This document shows positions 7,817 through 15,563 of a DNA stretch of 24,000 bases, piece by piece. The stretch is from NCBI RefSeq assembly GCF_015666175.1, contig NZ_JADPIE010000001.1:105741-129740 (forward strand), in the 5' to 3' direction. How positions within the stretch are numbered: the stretch's first letter is position 1; each line of letters opens with the position of its first letter. The stretch comes from Halonatronomonas betaini (GTDB taxonomy: Bacteria > Bacillota > Halanaerobiia > Halanaerobiales > Halarsenatibacteraceae). The notes under the pieces were generated by a model. It was not told the DNA's origin. It did no database searches and saw only the letters and a list, made by a program, of their open reading frames with translations. The position numbers were made by a program, and so were the translations under genes.

Positions 7817-8512
7817 ATGACAATGAAAGCTAATAAGAATAATCGGTTCAAATCATTAATTATATTAGTGATTTTAATTGTAGCTATAATCTTTATTCGG
7901 TTTTTAGGATTACATGAATATATAAGTATTGAAAATATTGAGTTGCTGCAGGATTTGGTTGCAGATTTTGGGCTTTTAGCTCCTATTGCTTATATTTTAC
8001 TCTGGCTTTTAGTCTGCCTCTTATTTTTGCCAGGTCTGCCTGTAACAATACTTTCAGCCTTCTTGTTTGAACCTTTACAGGCCATTATATATACTTCAAT
8101 CGGTTCTACATTAGGTGCAACCCTGGCATTTGTAGTTGGCAGATATGCTGCTCGAGATTTTGTTGCTAACTGGATAAAAGATAAAAAACAGTTAAATAAG
8201 ATTGATAAAGGAGTTAAAAACCATGGCTGGAGAATGCTTATAGTAACAAGGATGGTACCATTATTTCCATTTAATCTTCAGAATTACATCTATGGTTTAA
8301 CTTCTATTAAATTAAAGACTTATATGTTTTTATCCTGGGTCTGTATGTTACCTGCTACCATTGCCTATATTCTAACAGCTTCTTCAATTTATAGAGGAGA
8401 AGGGGATTTAACTCAAACTTTTATTTATCTCGGAATTGCTGGTCTGATATTTTTTATATTGTCATTAATACCAAAATGGTTTAAGAGCAAAGGTTATATT
8501 CAGGATAGTTAA
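7817..8512 (+). CDS. TVP38/TMEM64 (DedA-superfamily, VTT domain) membrane protein
   Basis: 231 aa and multi-TM. VTT-type core LPGLPVTILSAFLF...GATLAFVVGRYAARDFV...RMVPLFPFNLQNY. The second ATG at 7823 has better spacing to AGGGG (7810-7814) and may be the true start. Confidence 0.85.
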   Translation: MTMKANKNNRFKSLIILVILIVAIIFIRFLGLHEYISIENIELLQDLVADFGLLAPIAYILLWLLVCLLFLPGLPVTILSAFLFEPLQAIIYTSIGSTLGATLAFVVGRYAARDFVANWIKDKKQLNKIDKGVKNHGWRMLIVTRMVPLFPFNLQNYIYGLTSIKLKTYMFLSWVCMLPATIAYILTASSIYRGEGDLTQTFIYLGIAGLIFFILSLIPKWFKSKGYIQDS

Positions 8513-8532
8513 TCTAACTGGAGTTGATACAG

Positions 8533-9126
8533 GTGTTGGACACTCATGCAAGAAAATATTTTGACTCGATTATTAATTTCACTGCTAAATCTATAGCAGA
8601 TCTCGGCTTGAATTCAAATCAGGTTACTATTATCGCTGCAGCAGTTGGTGTTTTTACAGGGTTACTGGTCTATCTGGATCAGTTTATTGCTGCTATCATT
8701 GTATTATGGTTATCAGGTTTTTTAGATGCAGTTGATGGGGCAATTGCCAGATTAAATAATAAAGAGTCTATGTGGGGAACTGTTCTAGATATTACTTTAG
8801 ATAGAGTTGTTGAAATATCATTTATTATCGGTCTGGCTTTTAGGTTTCCTGAGATTAGATTAAATTTATTATTTATGACAGTCAGTATAATTCTTTCATT
8901 AACTGTATTTTTAACTGTTGGTGCTGTCTCTGAAAAATCCAGGATAAAGTCATTTCATTATCAATCAGGATTGATGGAGAGAACAGAAGGATTTATATTA
9001 TTTACAGTATTTTTAGTATTACCAGATTTTATTTATGGATTGACTATACTATATGCAGTTCTGGTGTTGTTTACTGCTATTCAGCGCTTTAATGAGGCCA
9101 GCAAATTATTGAGTAGGGCTGATTAA
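8533..9126 (+). CDS. CDP-alcohol phosphatidyltransferase family protein
   Basis: The signature D-x2-DG-x2-AR-x8-G-x3-D-x3-D is present as DAVDGAIARLNNKESMWGTVLDITLD. The protein is multi-TM. GTG 8533 lies 9 nt after GGAG; the ORF-track TTG at 8524 abuts the SD. Confidence 0.85.
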   Translation: MLDTHARKYFDSIINFTAKSIADLGLNSNQVTIIAAAVGVFTGLLVYLDQFIAAIIVLWLSGFLDAVDGAIARLNNKESMWGTVLDITLDRVVEISFIIGLAFRFPEIRLNLLFMTVSIILSLTVFLTVGAVSEKSRIKSFHYQSGLMERTEGFILFTVFLVLPDFIYGLTILYAVLVLFTAIQRFNEASKLLSRAD

Positions 9127-9176
9127 TATTTATTGATGGATTAGATAAAAGTTTTATTAAGAAGGCAGGTGAAATA

Positions 9177-9668
9177 ATGTTATTTACTATTGCTATATTG
9201 ATTGTTATTTTGGCCGGAATAATTGCGTCAGCTTTTGTAGAATATATATTACATAAGCTATTCCTTCATCAGGAAGGCCATATTCACCTTTTAGAGCATC
9301 ATAAAAATTTTAAGCCTCAAGAGAGTACATTTACCCGGGAGAGTTTTGAGTTAGATGAAGTTTTTTCTGGGATTAAATATTTACTTGCAAACTTTCTGCT
9401 GTATCTTCCAATTGGCATTATAATAGGTATTTATTCTTTCAATTTAGGTTTAGTATTTTTATTAAGTGGACTTTTATATTCAGCCTGGATTGAAATTGTT
9501 CACTATCATTATCATCATATCGATGGGATAAAATTTGAAAGATTTAAATTGTTTAATTATTTAAAATCAAATCATAAGATTCATCATGCCTTATATAAAT
9601 TCAATTTCGGGATTGGTTCAAGTATCTGGGATATTATACTGGGCACAAGCAGAAAAGGTTGGAACTGA
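9177..9668 (+). CDS. Small membrane protein of the fatty-acid hydroxylase / sterol desaturase (tri-His-box di-iron) superfamily
   Basis: 163 aa. His boxes HKLFLH, HYHYHH and HKIHH interleaved with hydrophobic segments. Its size resembles the smallest members of the superfamily. Confidence 0.65.
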   Translation: MLFTIAILIVILAGIIASAFVEYILHKLFLHQEGHIHLLEHHKNFKPQESTFTRESFELDEVFSGIKYLLANFLLYLPIGIIIGIYSFNLGLVFLLSGLLYSAWIEIVHYHYHHIDGIKFERFKLFNYLKSNHKIHHALYKFNFGIGSSIWDIILGTSRKGWN

Positions 9669-9712
9669 TATGTTTGGATTGTTAATGGTTAGCTTATGGC
9701 GGGGAGGTTGAG

Positions 9713-11128
9713 ATGGCAAAATTTGATTATGATATAGCTGTAATCGGAGGGGGCTCAGCTGGTTTAACAGCTGCTTTTACAGCCAATGCGGTAAAGAAAA
9801 ATGTCGTGATAATTGAGCAAGATAGATTAGGTGGAGAATGTACCTGGACAGGTTGTGTGCCCAGTAAGGCTCTCCTAAAAGCTGCCAGAGTTGCTTATCA
9901 AAGCCAACATGCCAGCAAGTATGGTATTATCAATGATTGTAATATTGATATGAGTGGAGTAATGAATTATGTCCATAAAGTTCAGGAAGAAATCTATCAA
10001 AAAGAGAAGCCAGAAGTATTAAGAGCAGATGGGATCGGTGTTTTAATCGGAAAAGCCGAATTTATAGACAGCCATACATTAAGTGTAAACCAGAATAAAA
10101 TTAGGGCTCATAAGATAGTTATTGCAACAGGTTCCTCTCCAGCTATTCCGCCAATAGAGGGTATAGAAGATGTTTTTTATTTAACCAATCAAACCTTATT
10201 TGGCCTGGAAAAGTTGCCAGCATCATTAATAATTATTGGTGGTGGTCCAATAGGAATTGAGATGGCCCAGGCTTTAAATAGATTAGGTGTAGAAATTAAA
10301 CTTGTGCAGAGAGGCGAAAGAATTTTAAAGAAGGAAGAACCGGCTTTAAGTGGGGCTCTGGCTGAAAAGTTACGCAAGGAGGGCGTTGAGCTATTAACCG
10401 GTTATGAGGCTGTTAAAATTAAAGAAGAAAATCAATTAATACTAACTGTGAGTAATAGGAAAATGGAAAAAGAATTAAAAGCGGAAAAAGTCTTAATAGC
10501 AGCCGGGAGAAAAGCTAATATTACTGGGTTTAATCTTGATAAGATAGGTCTTGAAACTGGCAGCCAGGGGATTATAACCGATAGTAAGATGCAGACCAAT
10601 ATTTCTAATATTTATGCCTGTGGTGATGTTGTAGGCCCCTATCGTTTTAGTCATATATCATATCATGAAGGTATAACTGCAACAATAAATGCAATCTTAC
10701 CTTATCCTGTTAAGAAAATGAACTATGATAATGTATTATGGGTTACCTATACAGACCCAGAATTAGCCCATTTAGGCCTGACTGAGGAACAGGCCAGGGA
10801 TAGATATGGCGATAGCATAAAAGTCTATAATATGGACTATTCTGAGCTGGATAGGGCTATGACAGATGGCCAGGCAGGCCAGGCTAAATTTATCTGCGAT
10901 AAAAGAGGTAAATTGTTAGGAGCTCATATCTTTGGTGCTAGAGCAGGTGAGATTATTCATAGCTGTCAGATTATAAAAACGATGGGAATGCCTTTTAAGA
11001 AATTACAATCTGTGATTCATTCATACCCGACTTATTCTGAACTTGTAAGGGACGGAGCTAAACTGGCCTATATAGGTGACTGGCAAGATAGATTGAATTT
11101 AGTTAATAAATTAGCCTGGTGGAAATAA
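9713..11128 (+). CDS. Class I FAD-dependent pyridine nucleotide-disulfide oxidoreductase (dihydrolipoamide dehydrogenase / mercuric reductase-like)
   Basis: 471 aa. GGGSAG FAD fold, redox-active GGECTWTGCVPSK (CxxxxC), second Rossmann fold IIGGGPIGIEMA, and C-terminal dimerisation domain with HSYPTYSE. It lacks the MerA C-terminal Cys pair and the NmerA domain. Confidence 0.9.
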   Translation: MAKFDYDIAVIGGGSAGLTAAFTANAVKKNVVIIEQDRLGGECTWTGCVPSKALLKAARVAYQSQHASKYGIINDCNIDMSGVMNYVHKVQEEIYQKEKPEVLRADGIGVLIGKAEFIDSHTLSVNQNKIRAHKIVIATGSSPAIPPIEGIEDVFYLTNQTLFGLEKLPASLIIIGGGPIGIEMAQALNRLGVEIKLVQRGERILKKEEPALSGALAEKLRKEGVELLTGYEAVKIKEENQLILTVSNRKMEKELKAEKVLIAAGRKANITGFNLDKIGLETGSQGIITDSKMQTNISNIYACGDVVGPYRFSHISYHEGITATINAILPYPVKKMNYDNVLWVTYTDPELAHLGLTEEQARDRYGDSIKVYNMDYSELDRAMTDGQAGQAKFICDKRGKLLGAHIFGARAGEIIHSCQIIKTMGMPFKKLQSVIHSYPTYSELVRDGAKLAYIGDWQDRLNLVNKLAWWK

Positions 11129-11142
11129 GGAGGAGTGATAAC

Positions 11143-11805
11143 TTGATATTAGGTATTAGTGGAAGTGGTCGTAAAAATGGAACCACTTCAGGTGTAATTA
11201 AGTATATTTTAGAGAATACAGGAGAAGAATATGAGTACATATCACTGGCAGGTAAGCAGATTAATGGCTGCATAGGATGTACTGAATGTGCAGCTGATAG
11301 TTTCTGTAAGGTGAAAGATGACTGGCAGGAAATTGGTTATAAGATGCTGGAAGCTGATGCAATAGTTTTTGGTGCACCGGATTATTATGACACCTTAAAT
11401 GCTCTGGCTCATGCCTGTCTTGAAAGAACTTATTGTTTCCGGCATAGAGAGAAATTTAAGCTGGCAGGTAAATTAGGTGTGGCAGTGGCTGTTGATGGTG
11501 ACCCAGAGGTTTCCAGAGTTGAAACTTACATCAAAAGGATGATGGATTCAAATCAGATGGCAATTATGGATAAACTACATGTCGAAGGTTATTCTCAGTG
11601 TTTTACCTGTGGTTATGGTGAGGACTGTGCAGCTGGCACAGTTGTTAAGAGACATGGCTTTTTAGATGAGATTAAGACTGAGCATCTGCCTGATAAATTT
11701 TCTGATCAACCAGATAAAATGTTAAAAGCTAAAATGATTGCTAGAAATCTTGGCTCATTACTAAAAGATAGAAGTGATAATAATGAAAACATCAAGGAAA
11801 ACTGA
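11143..11805 (+). CDS. Iron-sulfur flavoprotein (Isf-like), NADPH-dependent FMN reductase fold
   Basis: LILGISGSGRKNGTT flavodoxin-like N-terminus. Compact CIGCTECAADSFC (CX2CX2CX5C) as in Methanosarcina Isf. A second CFTCGYGEDC group is present. TTG 11143 follows AGGAGG (11128-11133). The ORF-track GTG at 11119 lies inside the upstream gene. Confidence 0.8.
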   Translation: MILGISGSGRKNGTTSGVIKYILENTGEEYEYISLAGKQINGCIGCTECAADSFCKVKDDWQEIGYKMLEADAIVFGAPDYYDTLNALAHACLERTYCFRHREKFKLAGKLGVAVAVDGDPEVSRVETYIKRMMDSNQMAIMDKLHVEGYSQCFTCGYGEDCAAGTVVKRHGFLDEIKTEHLPDKFSDQPDKMLKAKMIARNLGSLLKDRSDNNENIKEN

Positions 11806-12202
11806 TTATGGGATTCATGCTTTAATGATTTTAGCAAAAAAGGATGGTGAAGAGCTATCGGTTAATGATCTTGCTGAGATTGAAAATGTTTCAACTTCCT
11901 ATCTGGCCAAGGTTATGCAGGAACTTTCAAATTATAATATTGTCAGTTCTTCAGAGGGTAAACAGGGTGGTTATACGCTCAACCTTCCTACTGAAGAAAT
12001 AACCCTGGCCCAGGTAACAGATATTTTTGAAACTGATGAAGGAGTATTTGATTGTGTTGATGATCTCCATGGTTGTAATATCAGAGATAGGTGTAAAATT
12101 CATTTTGTCTTCAGAAAGGCCTATCAGAAAATGCTGGCAGAACTTGAGGCAACAACTATTGCAGATCTATTGGATCCAGAAATAAAGGGTATCGTCAAAT
12201 AA
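11783..12202 (+). CDS. Rrf2-family transcriptional regulator with three-Cys (probable Fe-S) motif
   Basis: MKTSRKTDYGIHALMILA... winged-helix N-terminus typical of Rrf2. CVDDLHGCNIRDRC (Cx6Cx5C) occupies the position of the cluster ligands. The gene overlaps the Isf stop. GTG 11774 is an alternative start. Confidence 0.85.
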   Translation: MKTSRKTDYGIHALMILAKKDGEELSVNDLAEIENVSTSYLAKVMQELSNYNIVSSSEGKQGGYTLNLPTEEITLAQVTDIFETDEGVFDCVDDLHGCNIRDRCKIHFVFRKAYQKMLAELEATTIADLLDPEIKGIVK

Positions 12203-12213
12203 GGGGGGGAATT

Positions 12214-12759
12214 ATGGCCTGGATTGATATGGTTGATGAAGATAAAGCAGAGGGGAAATTAAAAGAAGTATATGAAAGAATTACTGGAGGAGGTAGCTCA
12301 AGGGTTGCCCATATATTAAAGGTTCATTCTTTAAATCCTCAGGTGCTGGAGGATCACCTTAACTTATATAAGACAATAATGTTTGCTAGTTCGAATATTT
12401 CTCGGAAACAGCGGGAGATGGTTGCAACGGTAGTTTCGGCTATTAATGACTGCCATTATTGAGTAATTCATCATGGAGCGGCGCTCCAGAAACTGATTAG
12501 AGATAAAAGTGAAGGCGAGAAGATTTTAAATCAGCTTATTGATGATTACAGGGCTGCTGAAATTACTGATAAAGAGAAGGCTATGCTGGAATATGCTGAG
12601 AAGCTAACCAGGAAACCGGCATCTATTGATATAACAGATATTGAGAGTTTAAGAGAATATGGACTTGGTGATCGGGATATTCTTGATTTAAATCAGGTGG
12701 TGGCTTATTTTAATTATGTCAATAGAGTGGCAGATGGCCTGGGGATAGAGTTAGAGTAG
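12214..12759 (+). CDS. AhpD-core / carboxymuconolactone decarboxylase family 'peroxidase-related' protein with in-frame TGA (12460-12462) read as selenocysteine
   Basis: SD AAGGGGGGG lies before ATG 12214. The same frame continues for 98 codons past the TGA to TAG 12757-12759. The motif SAINDCHY-TGA-VIHH matches NxCxYCxxxH with TGA at the second Cys. A hairpin follows the TGA. Confidence 0.7.
12467..12500 (+). promoter_or_regulatory. Candidate bacterial SECIS stem-loop
   Basis: Upper stem tggagc/gctcca (12474-12479 / 12483-12488) with a GGC apex. Lower stem 12467-12473 / 12494-12500 with one mismatch and a 3'-side gaaac bulge. The apex G residues lie about 20 nt 3' of the UGA. Confidence 0.5.
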
Positions 12760-12882
12760 TTATATTTATAAATTAAAAGTGATATACTTATTATTTTAAA
12801 GGAATATACTAAGGGATATTGAACTATTTATATGTAAATAAATTTTATATGAAATTAAATGAAATAAAAATGGGGAATTCTC

Positions 12883-14037
12883 ATGGTTAAAAAGCTAACA
12901 GAATATCTGATTAATTTGAAAAATAATATCTTATCACAGGAAGATTTTTTAATGACTGAAAAGTTAAAATCTGAATTTGATAAAGAAACTTTTAATCATA
13001 ATACTTTTATTATTATTATTTTAGGCTATTTTCTTTTCTTTGAACAACTTTTTTATGCGTTTTTTGTTAGAGAACCAGGCAGTACCTATCAACAAATACA
13101 TTTTATAACTGCTCTTTTAATGATTCTATTTGCTGGAATTGCAACTTATATTTATCAAAAAGATTTTACAAAAGTTAATAAATATCACAAAAAGTTTGTG
13201 ATTATTTTTGTTTTGAGTGGATTGCTTATAGCCATAGTGAGAACATCATTACTACAATTACAACTCTATTCATTGCCTACAATTTATTTAGCTGTAATTT
13301 ATGGCATGGCAGTTGCTTTTTACTTTCCACCAATACTGAGCTTTGCATTATACAGTTCTTCATCTATCCTTTTGATATTTTTATTATCTGGCCAGCCTAT
13401 TGCTCAGGAGTTTTCATATGTCCAGGATATAATCTCAAACAATATAATTGCCTGGGTTGTTTCAGTTCTCAACTTTAATAGTTATTTCAATGGTTTTATT
13501 AAAAGCAAAAAGATTTCTGATATGAATGGTAAATTAAGATATATATCAGAAAGGGATCCTTTGACTGACCTATATAATAGACGTAAATTGAATGACTTAT
13601 TGATTGATGAGATTAAAAGAATAGGGAGAACTAATGAGTTTTTTTCAGTTATAATTTTAGATATTGATAATTTCAAAAATGTCAATGACACTTACGGACA
13701 TAATATAGGGGATGAAGTATTAGTCAATTTTAGTGAAATATTAAAATCTAATATTCGTGAACTTGATAAGCCAGGTCGCTGGGGCGGGGAGGAATTTTTA
13801 ATAATTGCACCAGCTACAGATAAGAAAGGTGCAGAGAATCTAGCTAAAAAGTTAAAAAAATTAATTAATAATAATGATTTTGGTAAACCAGAGAGATTAA
13901 CTGCAAGCTTTGGTGTAGCTACTTATAATCATGAAGAGTCAGTTTATCAATTGATCAACCGGGCTGATAAAGCTCTTTATGAGGCCAAATCAACTGGCAA
14001 GAATAGAGTTATTGTTTATAATCAAGGTATTTCATAG
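12883..14037 (+). CDS. Membrane-bound diguanylate cyclase (multi-TM N-terminal sensor + GGDEF domain)
   Basis: 384 aa with a hydrophobic N-terminal half. FKNVNDTYGHNIGDEVL, the active site GGEEF, and an I-site RELD exactly 5 residues upstream of GGEEF. Confidence 0.9.
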   Translation: MVKKLTEYLINLKNNILSQEDFLMTEKLKSEFDKETFNHNTFIIIILGYFLFFEQLFYAFFVREPGSTYQQIHFITALLMILFAGIATYIYQKDFTKVNKYHKKFVIIFVLSGLLIAIVRTSLLQLQLYSLPTIYLAVIYGMAVAFYFPPILSFALYSSSSILLIFLLSGQPIAQEFSYVQDIISNNIIAWVVSVLNFNSYFNGFIKSKKISDMNGKLRYISERDPLTDLYNRRKLNDLLIDEIKRIGRTNEFFSVIILDIDNFKNVNDTYGHNIGDEVLVNFSEILKSNIRELDKPGRWGGEEFLIIAPATDKKGAENLAKKLKKLINNNDFGKPERLTASFGVATYNHEESVYQLINRADKALYEAKSTGKNRVIVYNQGIS

Positions 14038-14060
14038 GTGATTGTACTGGAGGATTTAAA

Positions 14061-15455
14061 ATGAAGATTAATAAAATCATGAAAAAATTAATTTTAGCTT
14101 ATATAATATATTTCTTATTGGCTGGAATAATTGTGTTTGGCTTTTTGCCAGTTCCAGGAGTTGAATCGGCTATGGATTATTCTCTTGATGAGTCGATTTC
14201 AGTTAGTAATGGTCAGGATGAAGCTTTATTGCTTGAAGGGCTAGAGATTGGCAAGCTTGCTAGAGTTAATCTGATAGAGAATGCCGAAGAGAGCCTGGAT
14301 ATAGCATATTACATGGTGCATAAAGGTGATGCTGCAGATATCTTTTATGGCCAGATTTTAGATGCTGCAGACCGTGGTATTAAGGTAAGGCTAATAATTG
14401 ATGGAATCTATTCAGCTCAGCCTCAAAATAGAAGTTATATTTATGCCATGACTTCCCATGAAAATATAAAGTTTAAAACATATGAGCCTATCAATCCGTT
14501 AAGGCCCTGGGCTGTCCAGAACCGTCTCCATGATAAAATTGTTATTGCGGATGGCAATTATGCATTAATTAGTGGCAGGAACATAGGTGACAAATACTTT
14601 GATCCAGATATTGAAACTCCATCGATTGATAGGGATGTTCTTTTAGTAAATGAAGAGCCTGGAGCTGACTCTGTATTGACTCAGTTTGATGATTATTATG
14701 ATAAATTATGGGAAAGTGAATTTAATAAAAATTACAGTGATTTGAACTCAGCCAGGGAGCGGCTAGCCAGAAGGAGGGTTGAGGAGATAAATAATAGTCA
14801 TCAGGAATTGCAGGATAAATATAGTGAACTATTTGGCCAGGATCTTGATTGGCAGAATTATTCATATCCAACAGATCAGGTAATGCTAGTCCATAATCCC
14901 CTGGAGAGGTTTAATAAGCAACCCAGGGTCTGGCAGGTTTTAGCTGGACTTTTTGAAGAGGCTGAAGATAGCATTATGGCCCAGAGTCCATATATTATTC
15001 CAACTGATCAGATGTTAAAGTTTTTGGACCAGGAAGAAATTACAGCTGGAAAGATTAATCTATTGACTAATTCATTAACAAATAGTTCAAATCCATTAGC
15101 TGGCTCAGGTTATAGCCTCTTTCAGGATGACTTGAAAGATTTTATTGGTGATAGAGGTAAGCTTTACGAGTATTATAATAATGGAGCTATTCATGCTAAA
15201 TCCTATGTTATAGATGAGAGGATCAGCGCAATTGGTTCCTTTAACCTTGACCACAGGAGTGCATTTTTAAGCACAGAGACTATGGTCATTATAGAGAGTG
15301 AACCATTTGCTGAGAACTTTTTAAGTCAGGTTGATGGGTTGATAGAACAGTCCTACCCATATCAGGAAGCTCCAGAGGAAGAGGTTTCAACTGCTAAGGA
15401 AATTAGTTTGCGCGGCTTATCTTATTTTAGCAGGTTTTTTAAGTTTATGCTCTGA
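14061..15455 (+). CDS. Phospholipase D / cardiolipin synthase-like protein with two HKD motifs and an N-terminal membrane anchor
   Basis: HDKIVIADGNYALISGRNIGD and HAKSYVIDERISAIGSFNLD (HxKxxxxD...GxxN twice). N-terminal hydrophobic helix LILAYIIYFLLAGIIVFGF. Starts 23 nt after the GGDEF gene. Confidence 0.88.
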   Translation: MKINKIMKKLILAYIIYFLLAGIIVFGFLPVPGVESAMDYSLDESISVSNGQDEALLLEGLEIGKLARVNLIENAEESLDIAYYMVHKGDAADIFYGQILDAADRGIKVRLIIDGIYSAQPQNRSYIYAMTSHENIKFKTYEPINPLRPWAVQNRLHDKIVIADGNYALISGRNIGDKYFDPDIETPSIDRDVLLVNEEPGADSVLTQFDDYYDKLWESEFNKNYSDLNSARERLARRRVEEINNSHQELQDKYSELFGQDLDWQNYSYPTDQVMLVHNPLERFNKQPRVWQVLAGLFEEAEDSIMAQSPYIIPTDQMLKFLDQEEITAGKINLLTNSLTNSSNPLAGSGYSLFQDDLKDFIGDRGKLYEYYNNGAIHAKSYVIDERISAIGSFNLDHRSAFLSTETMVIIESEPFAENFLSQVDGLIEQSYPYQEAPEEEVSTAKEISLRGLSYFSRFFKFML

Positions 15456-15520
15456 TTTTTGGCCATAAATGTGTTATAGGGAGAATAATATGAGCATAAA
15501 AAGAATAAATATAAGAAAAT

Positions 15521-15532
15521 TGGTAATGACCA
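15521..15532. promoter_or_regulatory. Candidate HutC/GntR-type operator TGGTAATGACCA
   Basis: Imperfect palindrome TGGT-N4-ACCA resembling the TGGTnTAnACCA-type sites of HutC-subfamily regulators (NagR/DasR). It lies upstream of the HutC-type regulator gene. Confidence 0.4.
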
Positions 15533-15563
15533 AAAAACATTTTAATTAATTTACCGATTTCCC

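Noticed and set aside
9713-11128. Mercuric reductase (MerA) call for the disulfide oxidoreductase.
   Set aside because: There is no N-terminal HMA/NmerA domain, no C-terminal Cys-Cys pair, and no merR/merT/merP neighbours. Only the generic class I CxxxxC fold is supported.
12214-12462. Interpretation of the 82-aa ORF as a complete small gene, or of the locus as a nonsense-mutated pseudogene.
   Set aside because: The stop is TGA exactly at the conserved second Cys of the family motif. The frame then stays open for 98 more family-consistent codons, and a hairpin follows at SECIS distance. A random nonsense mutation would not be expected to show all three. The pseudogene option cannot be fully excluded without the rest of the genome.
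12760-12882. AT-rich gap with repeated ATATACT / GATAT words upstream of the GGDEF gene, examined for a riboswitch or small RNA.
   Set aside because: There is no stable conserved-looking secondary structure and no recognisable riboswitch core. The word repeats are short and expected in DNA this AT-rich.
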